DNA of 64,000 bases, taken from an uncultured Methanosarcinales archaeon (GTDB lineage: Archaea; Nanobdellota; Nanobdellia; Woesearchaeales; JACPIF01). Below are positions 43,201 to 51,819 of the stretch, piece by piece (the stretch's first letter is position 1; each line of letters begins with the position of its first letter). The notes below the pieces were generated by a model. The model searched no databases, was not told the DNA's origin, and saw only the letters and a program-made list of their open reading frames with translations. The translations under genes and the position numbers were made by a program. The stretch covers positions 6,176-70,175 of the forward strand of contig CAZRPY010000005.1 of assembly GCA_964602245.1 (NCBI GenBank). Reading direction: 5' to 3'.

Positions 43201-43572
43201 CGAAGTGGAGATCTTAATCTTAAGATAAATGCTACATCTTTTGGTACTGTGACAAATAAAACAATAGCAATCTCTGTGCCAGCAGACTTAGATATCAGTA
43301 ATTTATCAGTGTTATATTCAAATTCAACATTAAGACATTATGAAATTTCTATTAAGAATAGATTGAACGTTACTCTGAATGGAATTAATTGGACGCTTGA
43401 TACAGGATTGGCCAACATCTCAAGCGCATTAAATTTTACATTACAAGTCAATGAGACTATTTATGTATACGCTCAGTATAATTATACTGCGGCAGGGACT
43501 TACATAATTAATGCAACAGCAAAAAAGAATGAATCTCTATGGGATTCAAAAACGATTAATATTACTGTATAA
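37246..43572 (+). CDS. giant secreted S8 (subtilisin) protease with CARDB/Ig-like repeats
   Basis: Triad VPDTGID / GHGTHVIG / GTSMAAPHV; repeated VD..N.I.E.NE.NN CARDB motifs; many N-X-S/T sequons. Confidence 0.92.
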   Translation: MTSIIKKESKFVIMFLLLLFTMHLTYAKDSNETPIISNSIITKLESGTKEVEVEIILRDFQSLYNKEKQKKIKNDTFGEKIRYKKEKQDTIKSLLTSSEFRIRKESIYGNGIIGYISKEGLDKLKDNPLILVIQPRTIGHIATADSSSIIRSDYVNKKLNINGSHETVCVPDTGIDNTHNEFSDDIINQTCFCNLGNGCCPNGQLTDSNASDDNGHGTHVIGIITGNGKFANGNTGIASNSKIVAIKIANSEGNLDFSDAQDAIDYCILNKNKFNISVISMSFVDSSSHPTSACNVHPGFSSSITTAYNNNITLVAATGNRGYTNGIGYPACHANVIAVGATYDKDLGRQPATYEGTTYRDWLGNSFANCTDENTKLDDITCFTSRSSLLDLLAPGARIYSTVPLFVSNFGYNEQVGTSMAAPHVSAAVTLLIQYVKQINGTSLRPPEILDILNKTGVPIFDSSIGITFYRIDIAAALAYVTTNNVNEIINGSIKHGQLWSTKLNVQDFDNKKLTVDLTWDTSDTLDLFLISPSGQQYTNENTGSINPRKIHMDNASSGIWTIKVNGTNVNLKGHSDFNVITSKETLPNSPPGGINFTFAQLNYISACNSTSEGLTVVLKGETNSSKPIVDITNKTNLTSNAFLTGLIIPNAKMLVNLPLGRVDLDPILARTETGRVMLDADIKLKFSMYNTQEAKDKYKNITQEWFSFLEQSPYINEIKGSGYDGAFQWESRQWVSPNSLKAEGEGCKIFLTNATLRVQSLLRWAHSNIDGYNLRQEAKDDVKNRFDSWRSNLTKWLNDNAARTEAAVNSESQYDDLRYVYASVALAQWYKTLDRSQVLFGNIINSNDIYSTNLNISFDENYWKPLTNQRITENIYLNSCFKQGSSGCYVWIFGGVSYVNLNTNVTGTLSNSTKNLIISAINSSYAQSLSENKTYYYANFIELRRADLEPISMWFSSITPNINHDFNVSVAIENNGKLDANNFTLYLYYNYTSENGSSIILLFSIDNLNLTANSITAISIIYNSTNFKENDSVEINATVYNFGNVSASTFYVQFKLDGTAKESKQISAIAYGKNTTQFYWNATAGNHTITIKVDSTNLITEDNETNNEASRDISVQDLTPPSILSLLTERGSLKIKLNITDNVNISSVKALINQTTIDFTYNSSTKLWQGFSESIGPGIYPITIVVIDSSGLTTTKRSTITVYDEMFDMVLSRGGIILSPEVPADAENVTISVNVFNYGANQTANFTVQMLIDSINYSNKTISIPGDSNNTAYFNWISIYGNHTIIAKVDPSNSIIELNESNNVLNKTITVEDRKAPLINYINIPYIIYKNLVFTIRVNATDNINISQVSATINSTVIGLSFNSTLGLYENSTSVSNTGSYPFIIIAKDINEISTSSEKLIKVYDTSSDLMVDISGIFLSQINLTENNNNLFVNVSVENRGGTAANNFKIELLLDGMSLKNNTMSLAAANLSNSSFNITGLPYGLHNITIKLDADNVVAESNESNNNYSRNVFVSDITMPSNLANLVVSPSGWTNQTLFNVSWNVAIDSNGIKKYEYQVDYGEWINNSLNLSIIFTNLTDGTHIVFVRAIDLPGNIGNSSNLTIKKDTTIPNTPVVREWHSGNNWSQDNTPYYTWENPGDEGSGVSYYIGSLDGLEFNLSINLSYSPTLTTGNHSFKIYAVDMAGHRSNWSNEPIVFIDTSTPDLPNVTSITHQNSSKWYSQNHVVINWTIPYDDSGIYGYYYAIDKINDTIPDDLSLFTTNTTINISEVIAPQIATNESSETNVTGLPDGIWYFHIISRDNAGNIGSNATHYSVRIDTRKPHILNFTPLNNSVTLNNTPLFRIDYIDSLSGINLSSINLTIDGINATNITINDTTLTYIPTSNLSKGIHTAAITIKDNTTNTNVFTWQFSVGNLTLDISNFSIIEDLGTIKTFEIVINNPSEIDATNVKWILETNDNLVINSSQPFNLSANERLYLYLKYNFSRSGDLNLKINATSFGTVTNKTIAISVPADLDISNLSVLYSNSTLRHYEISIKNRLNVTLNGINWTLDTGLANISSALNFTLQVNETIYVYAQYNYTAAGTYIINATAKKNESLWDSKTINITV

Positions 43573-43584
43573 GGAGGTAAGAAC

Positions 43585-45549
43585 ATGAAAAAAGTAATAG
43601 GGGTATTAACAGCTACTTTTTTGATGAGTCTGCTCTTAGCTCTTAGTGTAGTTGCTTATACTAAGCAGGACTATTTGCAGCTTGTTGAAAATAAGGCAGA
43701 TATAACGACAGGTTATACATGGTATAGAATATGTAATCCCACTCCTGTGCCTTACTCAATTAGCGATAGCTCTAAAATTAATATAACCTTTGTTAAAGTA
43801 AAAAATAAGTTAAATAGTTACAGGTATACTAAATTGACTAATGTTAGCTATTCTATAACTAAGTACGATAAATTTTGTACTTCTTTTAATATAACATATT
43901 CCCTTACTAACACAACTCCAGAACATACTGAAACTTATACTGATTGCGCTTTAAGAGCAAACGGCACTACAACTGGTTATAAATTAGAATGGGTGGAATG
44001 GAATCCCCTTGGACAAACAATACTAGCTAATACTTGTTATGATGTGAAGGTAGAAGGAAAATATCCTGCAGTGCTTGGAGGAACTGCTATTGATAATATG
44101 GTTTCCTTTGCTGGTTTTAGCTATCCAGAATATGCATGGTGGAACACTACATGGAATAGTAGATGCCAAATTAACTTAACAGCTACAGGAGATATCTTAC
44201 ACAATAATAGTGAAGATAATCCTTGGGACTATATAGAAATAAGACCTACCCCAGAATGTAATTTTAACTTTAGCGGGGATATTAAAGATGTAAGAATTGT
44301 TAAGAATAATACAGATGGCACTATGACTTCTTTAGTGAGAGATAATTATAAGAACCAGTCCATTATCTTTATGTTAAATTCTTCTATAAATGGAACAACA
44401 GATTCAAACTATTACCTATACTTTAATGCAACAGGGGTAGGAGAACCTTCTCAGACTGATTATGTTGTATTATCTGGAGCAGGAAATATTTCTGTAAGAA
44501 ATAGGATATATAATATAACAAATTGTGCTATTTCAAATTGCATTAATAGTAATGGAGATGATGCTGATAAATGCTTTGGTTATAATCTTGCTTCATTTAG
44601 CATCGATGGAGAAAATAGTTTTGCATGTGGTGGAGTTGCTTTAGATGCAAATTCTAAACAATGCAGCCTCAGATTCGATGGGTATGTAATGGGAGAGGTA
44701 TTTTGTGAAAATCAAGGTTCTACTAAACCGTCTAATTTATATAAGATTTATGCAAATAGTTTCATTAATATAACCTCTTCAGTTGCTACTTCTGCTTCTC
44801 AAGGCTCTGTTAGAGATGTATTTGATGGTACTACAGACACCAAATGGTATGATGGAAAAATCGAAAGAGATATAGGTGCTGATCCTAATACAAATTTTGA
44901 TTCTGACTTATATGGAAATGGGACAAGTATAGGCCGTAGATTTGGTGGATCTTGGAACAAGGATATTATTGTTAAAGAGTGGTATGTTCCACAAAGTAAT
45001 GTTTATACAACTCAAGTAAGAAATACATATAATGGCAATGGATTTCAAACAGTATATGCTATAAATACCAATGGTCCTAGCTATAATTTCTCAAGATGGT
45101 TTGGTATGGCAACTAATCAATCTAGTGATTCAACATGGTATTATAGAGGAGATTATCTTGCAAAAGGATTGAGGAATCCTGTTACATACAAATTGGGAAA
45201 TAGTGAAGTTCAACCTAGTGGACCAACTTTTGCAACTGAGTCTGAAGGAGATGATTCAATAGAATCTGGCATTAACACAAGTGTTATAAATGGTTCTACT
45301 ATCTTAAGTAACCAGCAAGTGTATATAAGAACACAGAATAATACTCAAGTATTAGGGAAGTTTGATAAAGTAGCTATATCAGGGAATCAGAGATGGGCCT
45401 TTAACTATGTAACAGCTTCAGACCCAACTAGCCAGTTTACCAATATGGTTAATATAACACCAAGCTTTTATGTACTGGAGTTTGCCAATAGAACTAGCAC
45501 TAACATTAGTAGGGAAGTAAGTGGTTTCATTAATGCAACTAAACAGTAA
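43585..45549 (+). CDS. secreted surface protein (DUF2341-like central region)
   Basis: Signal peptide; WWNTTWNSRCQI..DVRIV..YYLYF. Confidence 0.7.
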   Translation: MKKVIGVLTATFLMSLLLALSVVAYTKQDYLQLVENKADITTGYTWYRICNPTPVPYSISDSSKINITFVKVKNKLNSYRYTKLTNVSYSITKYDKFCTSFNITYSLTNTTPEHTETYTDCALRANGTTTGYKLEWVEWNPLGQTILANTCYDVKVEGKYPAVLGGTAIDNMVSFAGFSYPEYAWWNTTWNSRCQINLTATGDILHNNSEDNPWDYIEIRPTPECNFNFSGDIKDVRIVKNNTDGTMTSLVRDNYKNQSIIFMLNSSINGTTDSNYYLYFNATGVGEPSQTDYVVLSGAGNISVRNRIYNITNCAISNCINSNGDDADKCFGYNLASFSIDGENSFACGGVALDANSKQCSLRFDGYVMGEVFCENQGSTKPSNLYKIYANSFINITSSVATSASQGSVRDVFDGTTDTKWYDGKIERDIGADPNTNFDSDLYGNGTSIGRRFGGSWNKDIIVKEWYVPQSNVYTTQVRNTYNGNGFQTVYAINTNGPSYNFSRWFGMATNQSSDSTWYYRGDYLAKGLRNPVTYKLGNSEVQPSGPTFATESEGDDSIESGINTSVINGSTILSNQQVYIRTQNNTQVLGKFDKVAISGNQRWAFNYVTASDPTSQFTNMVNITPSFYVLEFANRTSTNISREVSGFINATKQ

Positions 45550-45612
45550 TGCAAAAGATTTATAGTCTGAATATTAGAGATATAAGTAAATTTTTTTTAG
45601 GTCTATCTTTGT

Positions 45613-46281
45613 TCAGTAAGATTTAATATCGGCCCAAATAGGTTTATGTAATAAGGCAGTTGATATAAGAATCCCGCCTTCATTTTTAACTATTAATGTA
45701 TATTTTAAGTCTTCAGGTTTAATAATTCTCCAATCTGGACTTGAACTTTTACATTTATCACATTCAATTCTATAGAATAAATAAGTCTCTTGAAGATCTA
45801 TTCTTGTTGGGATGGAAAAGCCTCCTAAATCCCAATTTGCAACTTTGGGTAATCTGCGGATATCTGAAGTTTTATTCACATAAATAATTGGAATAGATAT
45901 TGTTAAATCCTTTTCATCGCTTAATATCTTATCCCTAATCACTTTTAATGTCTTCTCTTCGCCATTAATATACGTAATAAATTTTATTTCACTTGCTGCA
46001 ATTCCTGCATTATTATGTAATGTAAAAGTTATGCTATTATTATTAATTTGATATGCTGATGTAATGTCAGCATACTTCTCTTGAAAATGATAAGTTATCC
46101 AGAATGTAAATAGCGCAGTTAAAGCTACGCTAACTAGGATAAGCAAGATTTCTTTTCTAAGATTATCTTTAAGGCGTGCATCTATTCTTCGGTCTATTCT
46201 TTCATCTAGCTTTTTGACATTCATGAACAGAAAGGGGTTATTCATATATTTTATAAGTTTTTGCTTTTTTATAACATTCAA
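45613..46281 (-). CDS. hypothetical single-TM protein
   Basis: TM segment near the N-terminus. Confidence 0.6.
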   Translation of the reverse strand: MNVIKKQKLIKYMNNPFLFMNVKKLDERIDRRIDARLKDNLRKEILLILVSVALTALFTFWITYHFQEKYADITSAYQINNNSITFTLHNNAGIAASEIKFITYINGEEKTLKVIRDKILSDEKDLTISIPIIYVNKTSDIRRLPKVANWDLGGFSIPTRIDLQETYLFYRIECDKCKSSSPDWRIIKPEDLKYTLIVKNEGGILISTALLHKPIWADIKSY

Positions 46282-46355
46282 AGATAGGCCTCATCTCTTT
46301 TGACTAAGTACCTTTATCTCTTATTTCTTTTAATTTATCCTTTTCTTACTTTAGT

Positions 46356-46727
46356 TTAAATTCCCCCTAACGCCTTTGTTGATAAATCAAGTTTTTCTTG
46401 TTTTCCTTCTTTTGCATTATCAAGTATCTTTAGTCGTGTGCATATAATAATCCTAAACTTAGGTATACCCTCTGCTGCTACCATTTCTCCAGTCTGAAGC
46501 TTCTCTGCCAAGGCAAATCTTTCTTTATGAGATTTTATGACTGTATAACTGAAGCTCTCACCATCTTTCTCAATTTTAAGCGTTATATTGCCATTCTTAG
46601 TAATTGTCTTGCCTACAACTTTACCCTTTGTCCTCATCCTTCTCTTGAAAATCTTAGCTATCTTCTCTTTCTTTGCAAGGATTTTCAAGGTGTCTATGAG
46701 AGTTGTATCTATCTTACTCATAAGCAA
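46356..46727 (-). CDS. OB-fold-like small protein
   Basis: KGKVVGKTITKNGNITLKI..LQTGEMVAAEG. Confidence 0.6.
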   Translation of the reverse strand: MLMSKIDTTLIDTLKILAKKEKIAKIFKRRMRTKGKVVGKTITKNGNITLKIEKDGESFSYTVIKSHKERFALAEKLQTGEMVAAEGIPKFRIIICTRLKILDNAKEGKQEKLDLSTKALGGI

Positions 46728-46847
46728 AGATATAGGTATTCTAATTATATTGTTTTGGGTTTTATTAACATCAAAATCTTGATTATTGAGATTCTAATGT
46801 AACATGAATTAGTAAGATTTTAACTAATTAGTGTTGCAGAAACGAGC

Positions 46848-46950
46848 AGTTTACGTATGTAAACTTATAGTTTCATGTAAGTATCCTTTATATAGTTCAC
46901 AATTTACTTACATGTAAGTAACATTTATATACTAGCTCTTATACTTACAT
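46848..46950. promoter_or_regulatory. palindromic operator array upstream of the TA-like operon
   Basis: AGTTTACGTATGTAAACT (46848-46865), TTACTTACATGTAAGTAA (46904-46921), plus half-sites. Confidence 0.65.
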
Positions 46951-46953
46951 CCT

Positions 46954-47523
46954 ATGCGAGGCGATAAGAGAGAAAGAATCCTGAGGGTATTGTTAAGTAG
47001 CAAGGAAGCATTAAGCAAGAATGAACTCTCAAAACAGGCAGAATGCACTAGGCAGTGGGTTATTCTGTTTCTAAAGATATTAGAGAAAAAGAAGCTGGTA
47101 AAAGGGACTGCTCCCCTAGAGAAAGAAAAGATTCTGGACTATTGGATAAGTATCTCAAAAAAGCCAAGAAAATATAGAGACTACATGGTCAAAGAGCCCT
47201 TAGAGATAATAAAAAAGTCTAAGCTAGAGTATGCGCTCACAACCTATCAGGCAGAAAACATTGTCCAGCATTATCTTTTTCCTTCAAGAGTAGACGTATA
47301 CATATCAGAAGGTGATTTAGATAGTTGGCATAGCCTTATGACGAAGCATGGGCTGTATGGAAAGGGAAATGTTAGGATCATAATAGCAGATGAACATGTA
47401 CGTTTTGCAAAAAGGATTATAAATGGGCAGGCAATAGTCTCAATACCGCAGCTTATCGTCGATTTAACCAAGGAAGGCGGTCCCTGTACAGAAGCTGCTG
47501 AGATGCTGAGGAAGAGGCTCTAA
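46954..47523 (+). CDS. wHTH-containing AbiEi-like antitoxin/regulator
   Basis: N-terminal HTH; C-terminal IVSIPQLIVDL..GG...EAA. Confidence 0.75.
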   Translation: MRGDKRERILRVLLSSKEALSKNELSKQAECTRQWVILFLKILEKKKLVKGTAPLEKEKILDYWISISKKPRKYRDYMVKEPLEIIKKSKLEYALTTYQAENIVQHYLFPSRVDVYISEGDLDSWHSLMTKHGLYGKGNVRIIIADEHVRFAKRIINGQAIVSIPQLIVDLTKEGGPCTEAAEMLRKRL

Positions 47524-48294
47524 ATGTATAAAGAATTTGAAACTAGGACTTCGTATAATTACTTAAAGCAAGTCATTAAGAGCTTGAATGAACCTATTTG
47601 CATTCTAGGCGGATGGGCTGTTTTCTTTCATGCTAATACGAAATTTGAGAAAGCTCAAGGCAGGCCCTATATAGGCAGCAGAGATATTGACTTGGGATTT
47701 AACGTTAGCGGAGATTTAAGAAAGTCAGCTCTCTCCAAAACAATAAAAACGCTGACAGAAAAGCTCAATTTTAAGCCATTAAGTTTCAGGCTTGTAAAAG
47801 AAATCCATACAGAAACAGAAGAAGAGATTACGGATGGAAAGATTGTGCCAGCTCACTTTATTTTTCCGATGTATATTGACCTGATAACAGATTCAATTCC
47901 TAAAGACTTTAAGAAAATATTTGGATTTAGTCCGATAGATGAGCCATTGCTCAAAACTATGTTTGAGAAAAAAGCTTTTACTATCATGAAGGAATTCGAT
48001 AAAAAGCTGCTTCTTCCAACGCCGGAACTTCTCTTGGCAATGAAAGTAAATTCTCTTCCAAACAGGGATAAGGAGCATAAGAAGATAAAAGATATTTGTG
48101 ACATGTTTGCTTTGGCATGGTACACGGACATTAATCCTGAAACAGTAAATCTAACAAAATATGTCTCTGATAAGAACCTTAAGAAATGCCTGAAAACAAT
48201 AACAGATGAGGATTTTGAAAAGGCAGCTATCCAGATTGGGCATGAAAAGGAAGAACTAAAGAGAGTGATTAGCCTTCTCTGCGAAAAGAAATAA
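47524..48294 (+). CDS. AbiEii-like nucleotidyltransferase
   Basis: ILGGWAV..SRDIDL..LLAMK..KDICD. Confidence 0.8.
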   Translation: MYKEFETRTSYNYLKQVIKSLNEPICILGGWAVFFHANTKFEKAQGRPYIGSRDIDLGFNVSGDLRKSALSKTIKTLTEKLNFKPLSFRLVKEIHTETEEEITDGKIVPAHFIFPMYIDLITDSIPKDFKKIFGFSPIDEPLLKTMFEKKAFTIMKEFDKKLLLPTPELLLAMKVNSLPNRDKEHKKIKDICDMFALAWYTDINPETVNLTKYVSDKNLKKCLKTITDEDFEKAAIQIGHEKEELKRVISLLCEKK

Positions 48295-48335
48295 TAGCTC
48301 CAAAGTATTCTAACTCTGAAGCCAGAAAAAATCTC

Positions 48336-48497
48336 TTAATTCTTAGCCAGCACTTTCTCCATATAGGTTACTGGCTTGATGTCTGTGATAGTGGTCTTAT
48401 GCACTACCCATTTCTTATCTTCAGACATAGCCACGCTTGTCTCTATTATTGGCTGTCTGTTCAGCTGTTCTTTCTTGCTTTCTGTTAGTTCTTTCAT
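48336..48497 (-). CDS. small hypothetical protein (53 aa)
   Basis: GGAGGT RBS; MKELTESKKEQLNRQPIIETS..WVVHKTTITDIKPV. Confidence 0.6.
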   Translation of the reverse strand: MKELTESKKEQLNRQPIIETSVAMSEDKKWVVHKTTITDIKPVTYMEKVLAKN

Positions 48498-48674
48498 GGT
48501 TTTTACCTCCTGTTTGTTTTATCTGATTTAAGCCTAAATTGCGGTTGCATGGTATGCTAGTATTACGGAAATTTGCTCTTGTGAATTTCCGCTGTGGCAA
48601 AAAATCGCCCCCATTTCAAGCCCAACCCAAGATTTTCAGGGTTGGTTGCCTTCTTATGAAGAAATAAGCCCAAT

Positions 48675-51497
48675 TCAGCCTTCTTTTTGCTTCTGAATCA
48701 GTTTTTCTTGGCTTATTTCTTGCGATTTTTTGTCCGCTGAAAAGTAACCCCTCAACTGCTTGCACACATTTTTTCTTGTGAATGTTGTTCCATAAGCTTC
48801 ATACTTGTAGGCATAAGGGGCATCAGAAACCACAAAAAACCATTCTGCAAAATTCTCATTCAGAACAGCAACCTTTTTCTCAAGCAAATCTTTTCTTTTT
48901 TCTAATGTAATACCTGTTTCAACCTCAATAGCAATTTTCTTTTTGCCAACTTCAAAAACTATATCAGGATTATTAGTCTCAAAAGTCTTTACCTTATCTG
49001 TAAATTGCAGTAAATATTCCTCAACCGCTTTGACCAAGAAAAAATGTGTAGTGCTTTCCCTTGAAGATGGCTTTAATAAATAAACCTCTTGTCTTCCTCC
49101 TCCAAGAGGCACATGAGAGCTTAGAATATATTTCTTATCTAGCAAAAATTTTATTTCATCCTCATTCAGATTTTTCTTTAAATAATATCCTTTATCTTCA
49201 TCTACTTTAATTGAAACTTTGGGTTTCTCATTCTGAATAGGAGTTTCTTCATTAATTTTTAAAAGCTCATCTGGATTAGTGGTTATTAGCCTATGCTCTT
49301 CTTTTGATGCAATGCTCCTTATCTCAGTATGCTCATTCTCCATTAATAAAATGCCTTCTCCAACATTAGCAGTAAGCAGTTTTTCCTTTTCTGTTTGGCT
49401 TAAATTAAAAGTCTTTACAACATTTTCAATTACTGCAGCTTCTTGCCTCATTAATAGTTTATAAGCAGAATTTTGCAGAATGGCACTAGAAGCTTTACTT
49501 ACTAATAAGTCAGCCACATCTTGAGTTATCAAAAGTAAGCCTAGATTGAATTTCCTGCATGTTTTAACTATTTCAAAGATATATTCAGAATCCTCAGCCC
49601 TGCTTAATAATGACCATGCCTCATCAATAACCAATAATTTTCTTTCTCTATCTTTTCTCATTTTCATATAAACATAATCAAGAATGAGAAACATGTTTAC
49701 TGGTTTAGCTTGCCTGGGCATATCTCCTATTATAAAGCCGACTAATTGGTTATCAAAATTAATCTGGGTTTGCCTGTTAAAGAATGAGAAAACACCATCA
49801 ACATACATTGAAAGCCTGTTAATTAAACTTCTGTAAGTCTCTTTTTCAATAATAGTAGCTTTTTTTGAGAGTTTTTCTAGCTCTTCCAATAAATCTCCTA
49901 AAATTGGAGGCTCGTTATTCCATGTTTTTGGATCATTAGTAATGCCTTTTCTTTCGTAAGTTAGGGTTAATGTCTTATCTAAGACTGCTTTTTGTATTTC
50001 AGAAACATCACCTAGCATTATAGGGAACAAATCCATTAAGGATAGCCTTTTCTCTGCATAATCATGCCCTAGTAAGTCAAGAGGGTTAATTACTGTTTTT
50101 GAAGTCCTAGAGAAATTAACAATCTGCCCATCAAATGTCTGGATAAGCTTAATATATTCTGATTGAGGATCTACTATCATAACCTTAACAGAATTAAGCA
50201 ATTGCCTTATAATGAATAATTTAGTCCAATAACTCTTACCAGCTCCTGAACTTGCTAAGATAATGCCATTTGGATTGGGAAGCTTGAAAATATCCTTTAT
50301 AATAGGCACATCATTCTTGTTTACGCCCATCCATACACCTGAAGCATTTAACTGTAAGAATTGAGAAGTGAAAGGGAAAAATGCAGCTAAGGCTTTAGTA
50401 GTGATATTTCTTCTAATGCCTAACTCATTCTCAGCTAAAGGAATAGTGGATTTTAAGCCTGCTTTCATCCTGAAGAAGGCCCTTCTAGGAATAATTAGCA
50501 TGGCATTAAGCTCAGCCTCTACCTTTTTGGTTATTAAATCAAGCTCTTCCTGGTTGTTTGCCTTACAATTTATGTATAAAGAAACATAGAATAGCTTTTC
50601 ATTTCCTTTTTGCAGATTTTCAAGAACAGCTCTAGTATCTTGATATTGAATCTCTAAAGTTGGATTAATAGTAGATTTTAATTCTGCTGAAAAAAGATCA
50701 GCTCTCTGCTTTTGGAGTTCTCTGTTAAGCATAATCATCATGGATTCTATAGAAATTGGCTCTATAAAGATAGAAATATCAAAAGTGCCATTTAAAGTAA
50801 TAATCTTATCTAAGAATCCTATTTCAACCATACGTGGATAGCCATCAGCATATACAACCCTGCATTCCTTATTGCCAACAATAATCTTCTCTGGAAGATT
50901 CTTAATATATGTAGGGGCTATTATATAATGCAGATAATTATCCTTATCTATCTCTGTGCCAACTTCCTTTAATTTATCACTATCTTCTAAGACATCATTA
51001 AAGAAACTGGTTAATGCCTGTGTTAATTCTTCATCATTAAGTCTCTTAAATTTTAGATTTAATGCTTTAAGCTGTTGCTCTACCACACCAATTTGAACTT
51101 CTAAGCCTATCTCTATTTTCTCAGGTATTACAATAAAGAAGCTTCTATTCATTACAGAATTATCTTTTATAGTGTTAATCAAATGCTCTTTATAACTCTC
51201 AAAGTGCTTATTAAAGATATATTTCTTGGTTTTGCTTACAAGCTCTTCTACCCTTAGTTCTAAAGCGTTTATGTAGCTATCAAGATTAATGTGGTTAGTG
51301 CTTATAACTATCTGTATAGGAAAGTCGAGAGCATTTAGGAATTTCTGAAATCCGCTATTAATCCCCAGTTTTTCCTGTTCATTTCTAATAGTGAAGTTTA
51401 TAGGCTCGACTTCTAAGATTGCTAATCTTATCAAGTCTATTTCTTCATTTACCTTGGATGAACTTATTGGCAAAAGCCTTTTTAGTTTTGCTAACAT
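48675..51497 (-). CDS. virB4: VirB4-like conjugative ATPase with C-terminal PD-(D/E)XK-like domain
   Basis: ASSGAGKS, VDPQSEY, INPLD, VIDEAW, RKFNLGLLLITQ; tail H..PDIVF..IAIEVETG. Confidence 0.88.
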   Translation of the reverse strand: MLAKLKRLLPISSSKVNEEIDLIRLAILEVEPINFTIRNEQEKLGINSGFQKFLNALDFPIQIVISTNHINLDSYINALELRVEELVSKTKKYIFNKHFESYKEHLINTIKDNSVMNRSFFIVIPEKIEIGLEVQIGVVEQQLKALNLKFKRLNDEELTQALTSFFNDVLEDSDKLKEVGTEIDKDNYLHYIIAPTYIKNLPEKIIVGNKECRVVYADGYPRMVEIGFLDKIITLNGTFDISIFIEPISIESMMIMLNRELQKQRADLFSAELKSTINPTLEIQYQDTRAVLENLQKGNEKLFYVSLYINCKANNQEELDLITKKVEAELNAMLIIPRRAFFRMKAGLKSTIPLAENELGIRRNITTKALAAFFPFTSQFLQLNASGVWMGVNKNDVPIIKDIFKLPNPNGIILASSGAGKSYWTKLFIIRQLLNSVKVMIVDPQSEYIKLIQTFDGQIVNFSRTSKTVINPLDLLGHDYAEKRLSLMDLFPIMLGDVSEIQKAVLDKTLTLTYERKGITNDPKTWNNEPPILGDLLEELEKLSKKATIIEKETYRSLINRLSMYVDGVFSFFNRQTQINFDNQLVGFIIGDMPRQAKPVNMFLILDYVYMKMRKDRERKLLVIDEAWSLLSRAEDSEYIFEIVKTCRKFNLGLLLITQDVADLLVSKASSAILQNSAYKLLMRQEAAVIENVVKTFNLSQTEKEKLLTANVGEGILLMENEHTEIRSIASKEEHRLITTNPDELLKINEETPIQNEKPKVSIKVDEDKGYYLKKNLNEDEIKFLLDKKYILSSHVPLGGGRQEVYLLKPSSRESTTHFFLVKAVEEYLLQFTDKVKTFETNNPDIVFEVGKKKIAIEVETGITLEKRKDLLEKKVAVLNENFAEWFFVVSDAPYAYKYEAYGTTFTRKNVCKQLRGYFSADKKSQEISQEKLIQKQKEG

Positions 51498-51810
51498 AGA
51501 CTACCTCCTTGTCTATCTTTTTTATGCCTAGAAATTGTATCATCTTTGGATCCATCAGCTTGACTTCTCTAAATTGCAGCCAAGATAGCATGTCTTTCAT
51601 ATAAGAAGCAAAATTGAAGAACATGAACAAACTGGCTATTCCAACTAGAATAATGCCTATACCAATTTTAAGGAAAATATCTAATTTTGTTCTTAAGAAT
51701 ATTGCTAATGCTGGAATAATAAAAATAGCTGCATATAATAATTGCTTAAATGTCAATCCAAATATGATTTTTTCTTCGTATTGCAATTGTTGTGGGATTT
51801 CGTAAGGCAT
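51445..51810 (-). CDS. PrgI/VirB3-like membrane protein
   Basis: MPYEIPQQLQYEEKIIFGLTFKQ plus 2 TM, directly upstream of virB4. Confidence 0.8.
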   Translation of the reverse strand: MPYEIPQQLQYEEKIIFGLTFKQLLYAAIFIIPALAIFLRTKLDIFLKIGIGIILVGIASLFMFFNFASYMKDMLSWLQFREVKLMDPKMIQFLGIKKIDKEVVYVSKTKKAFANKFIQGK

Positions 51811-51819
51811 TTTTCTCTC

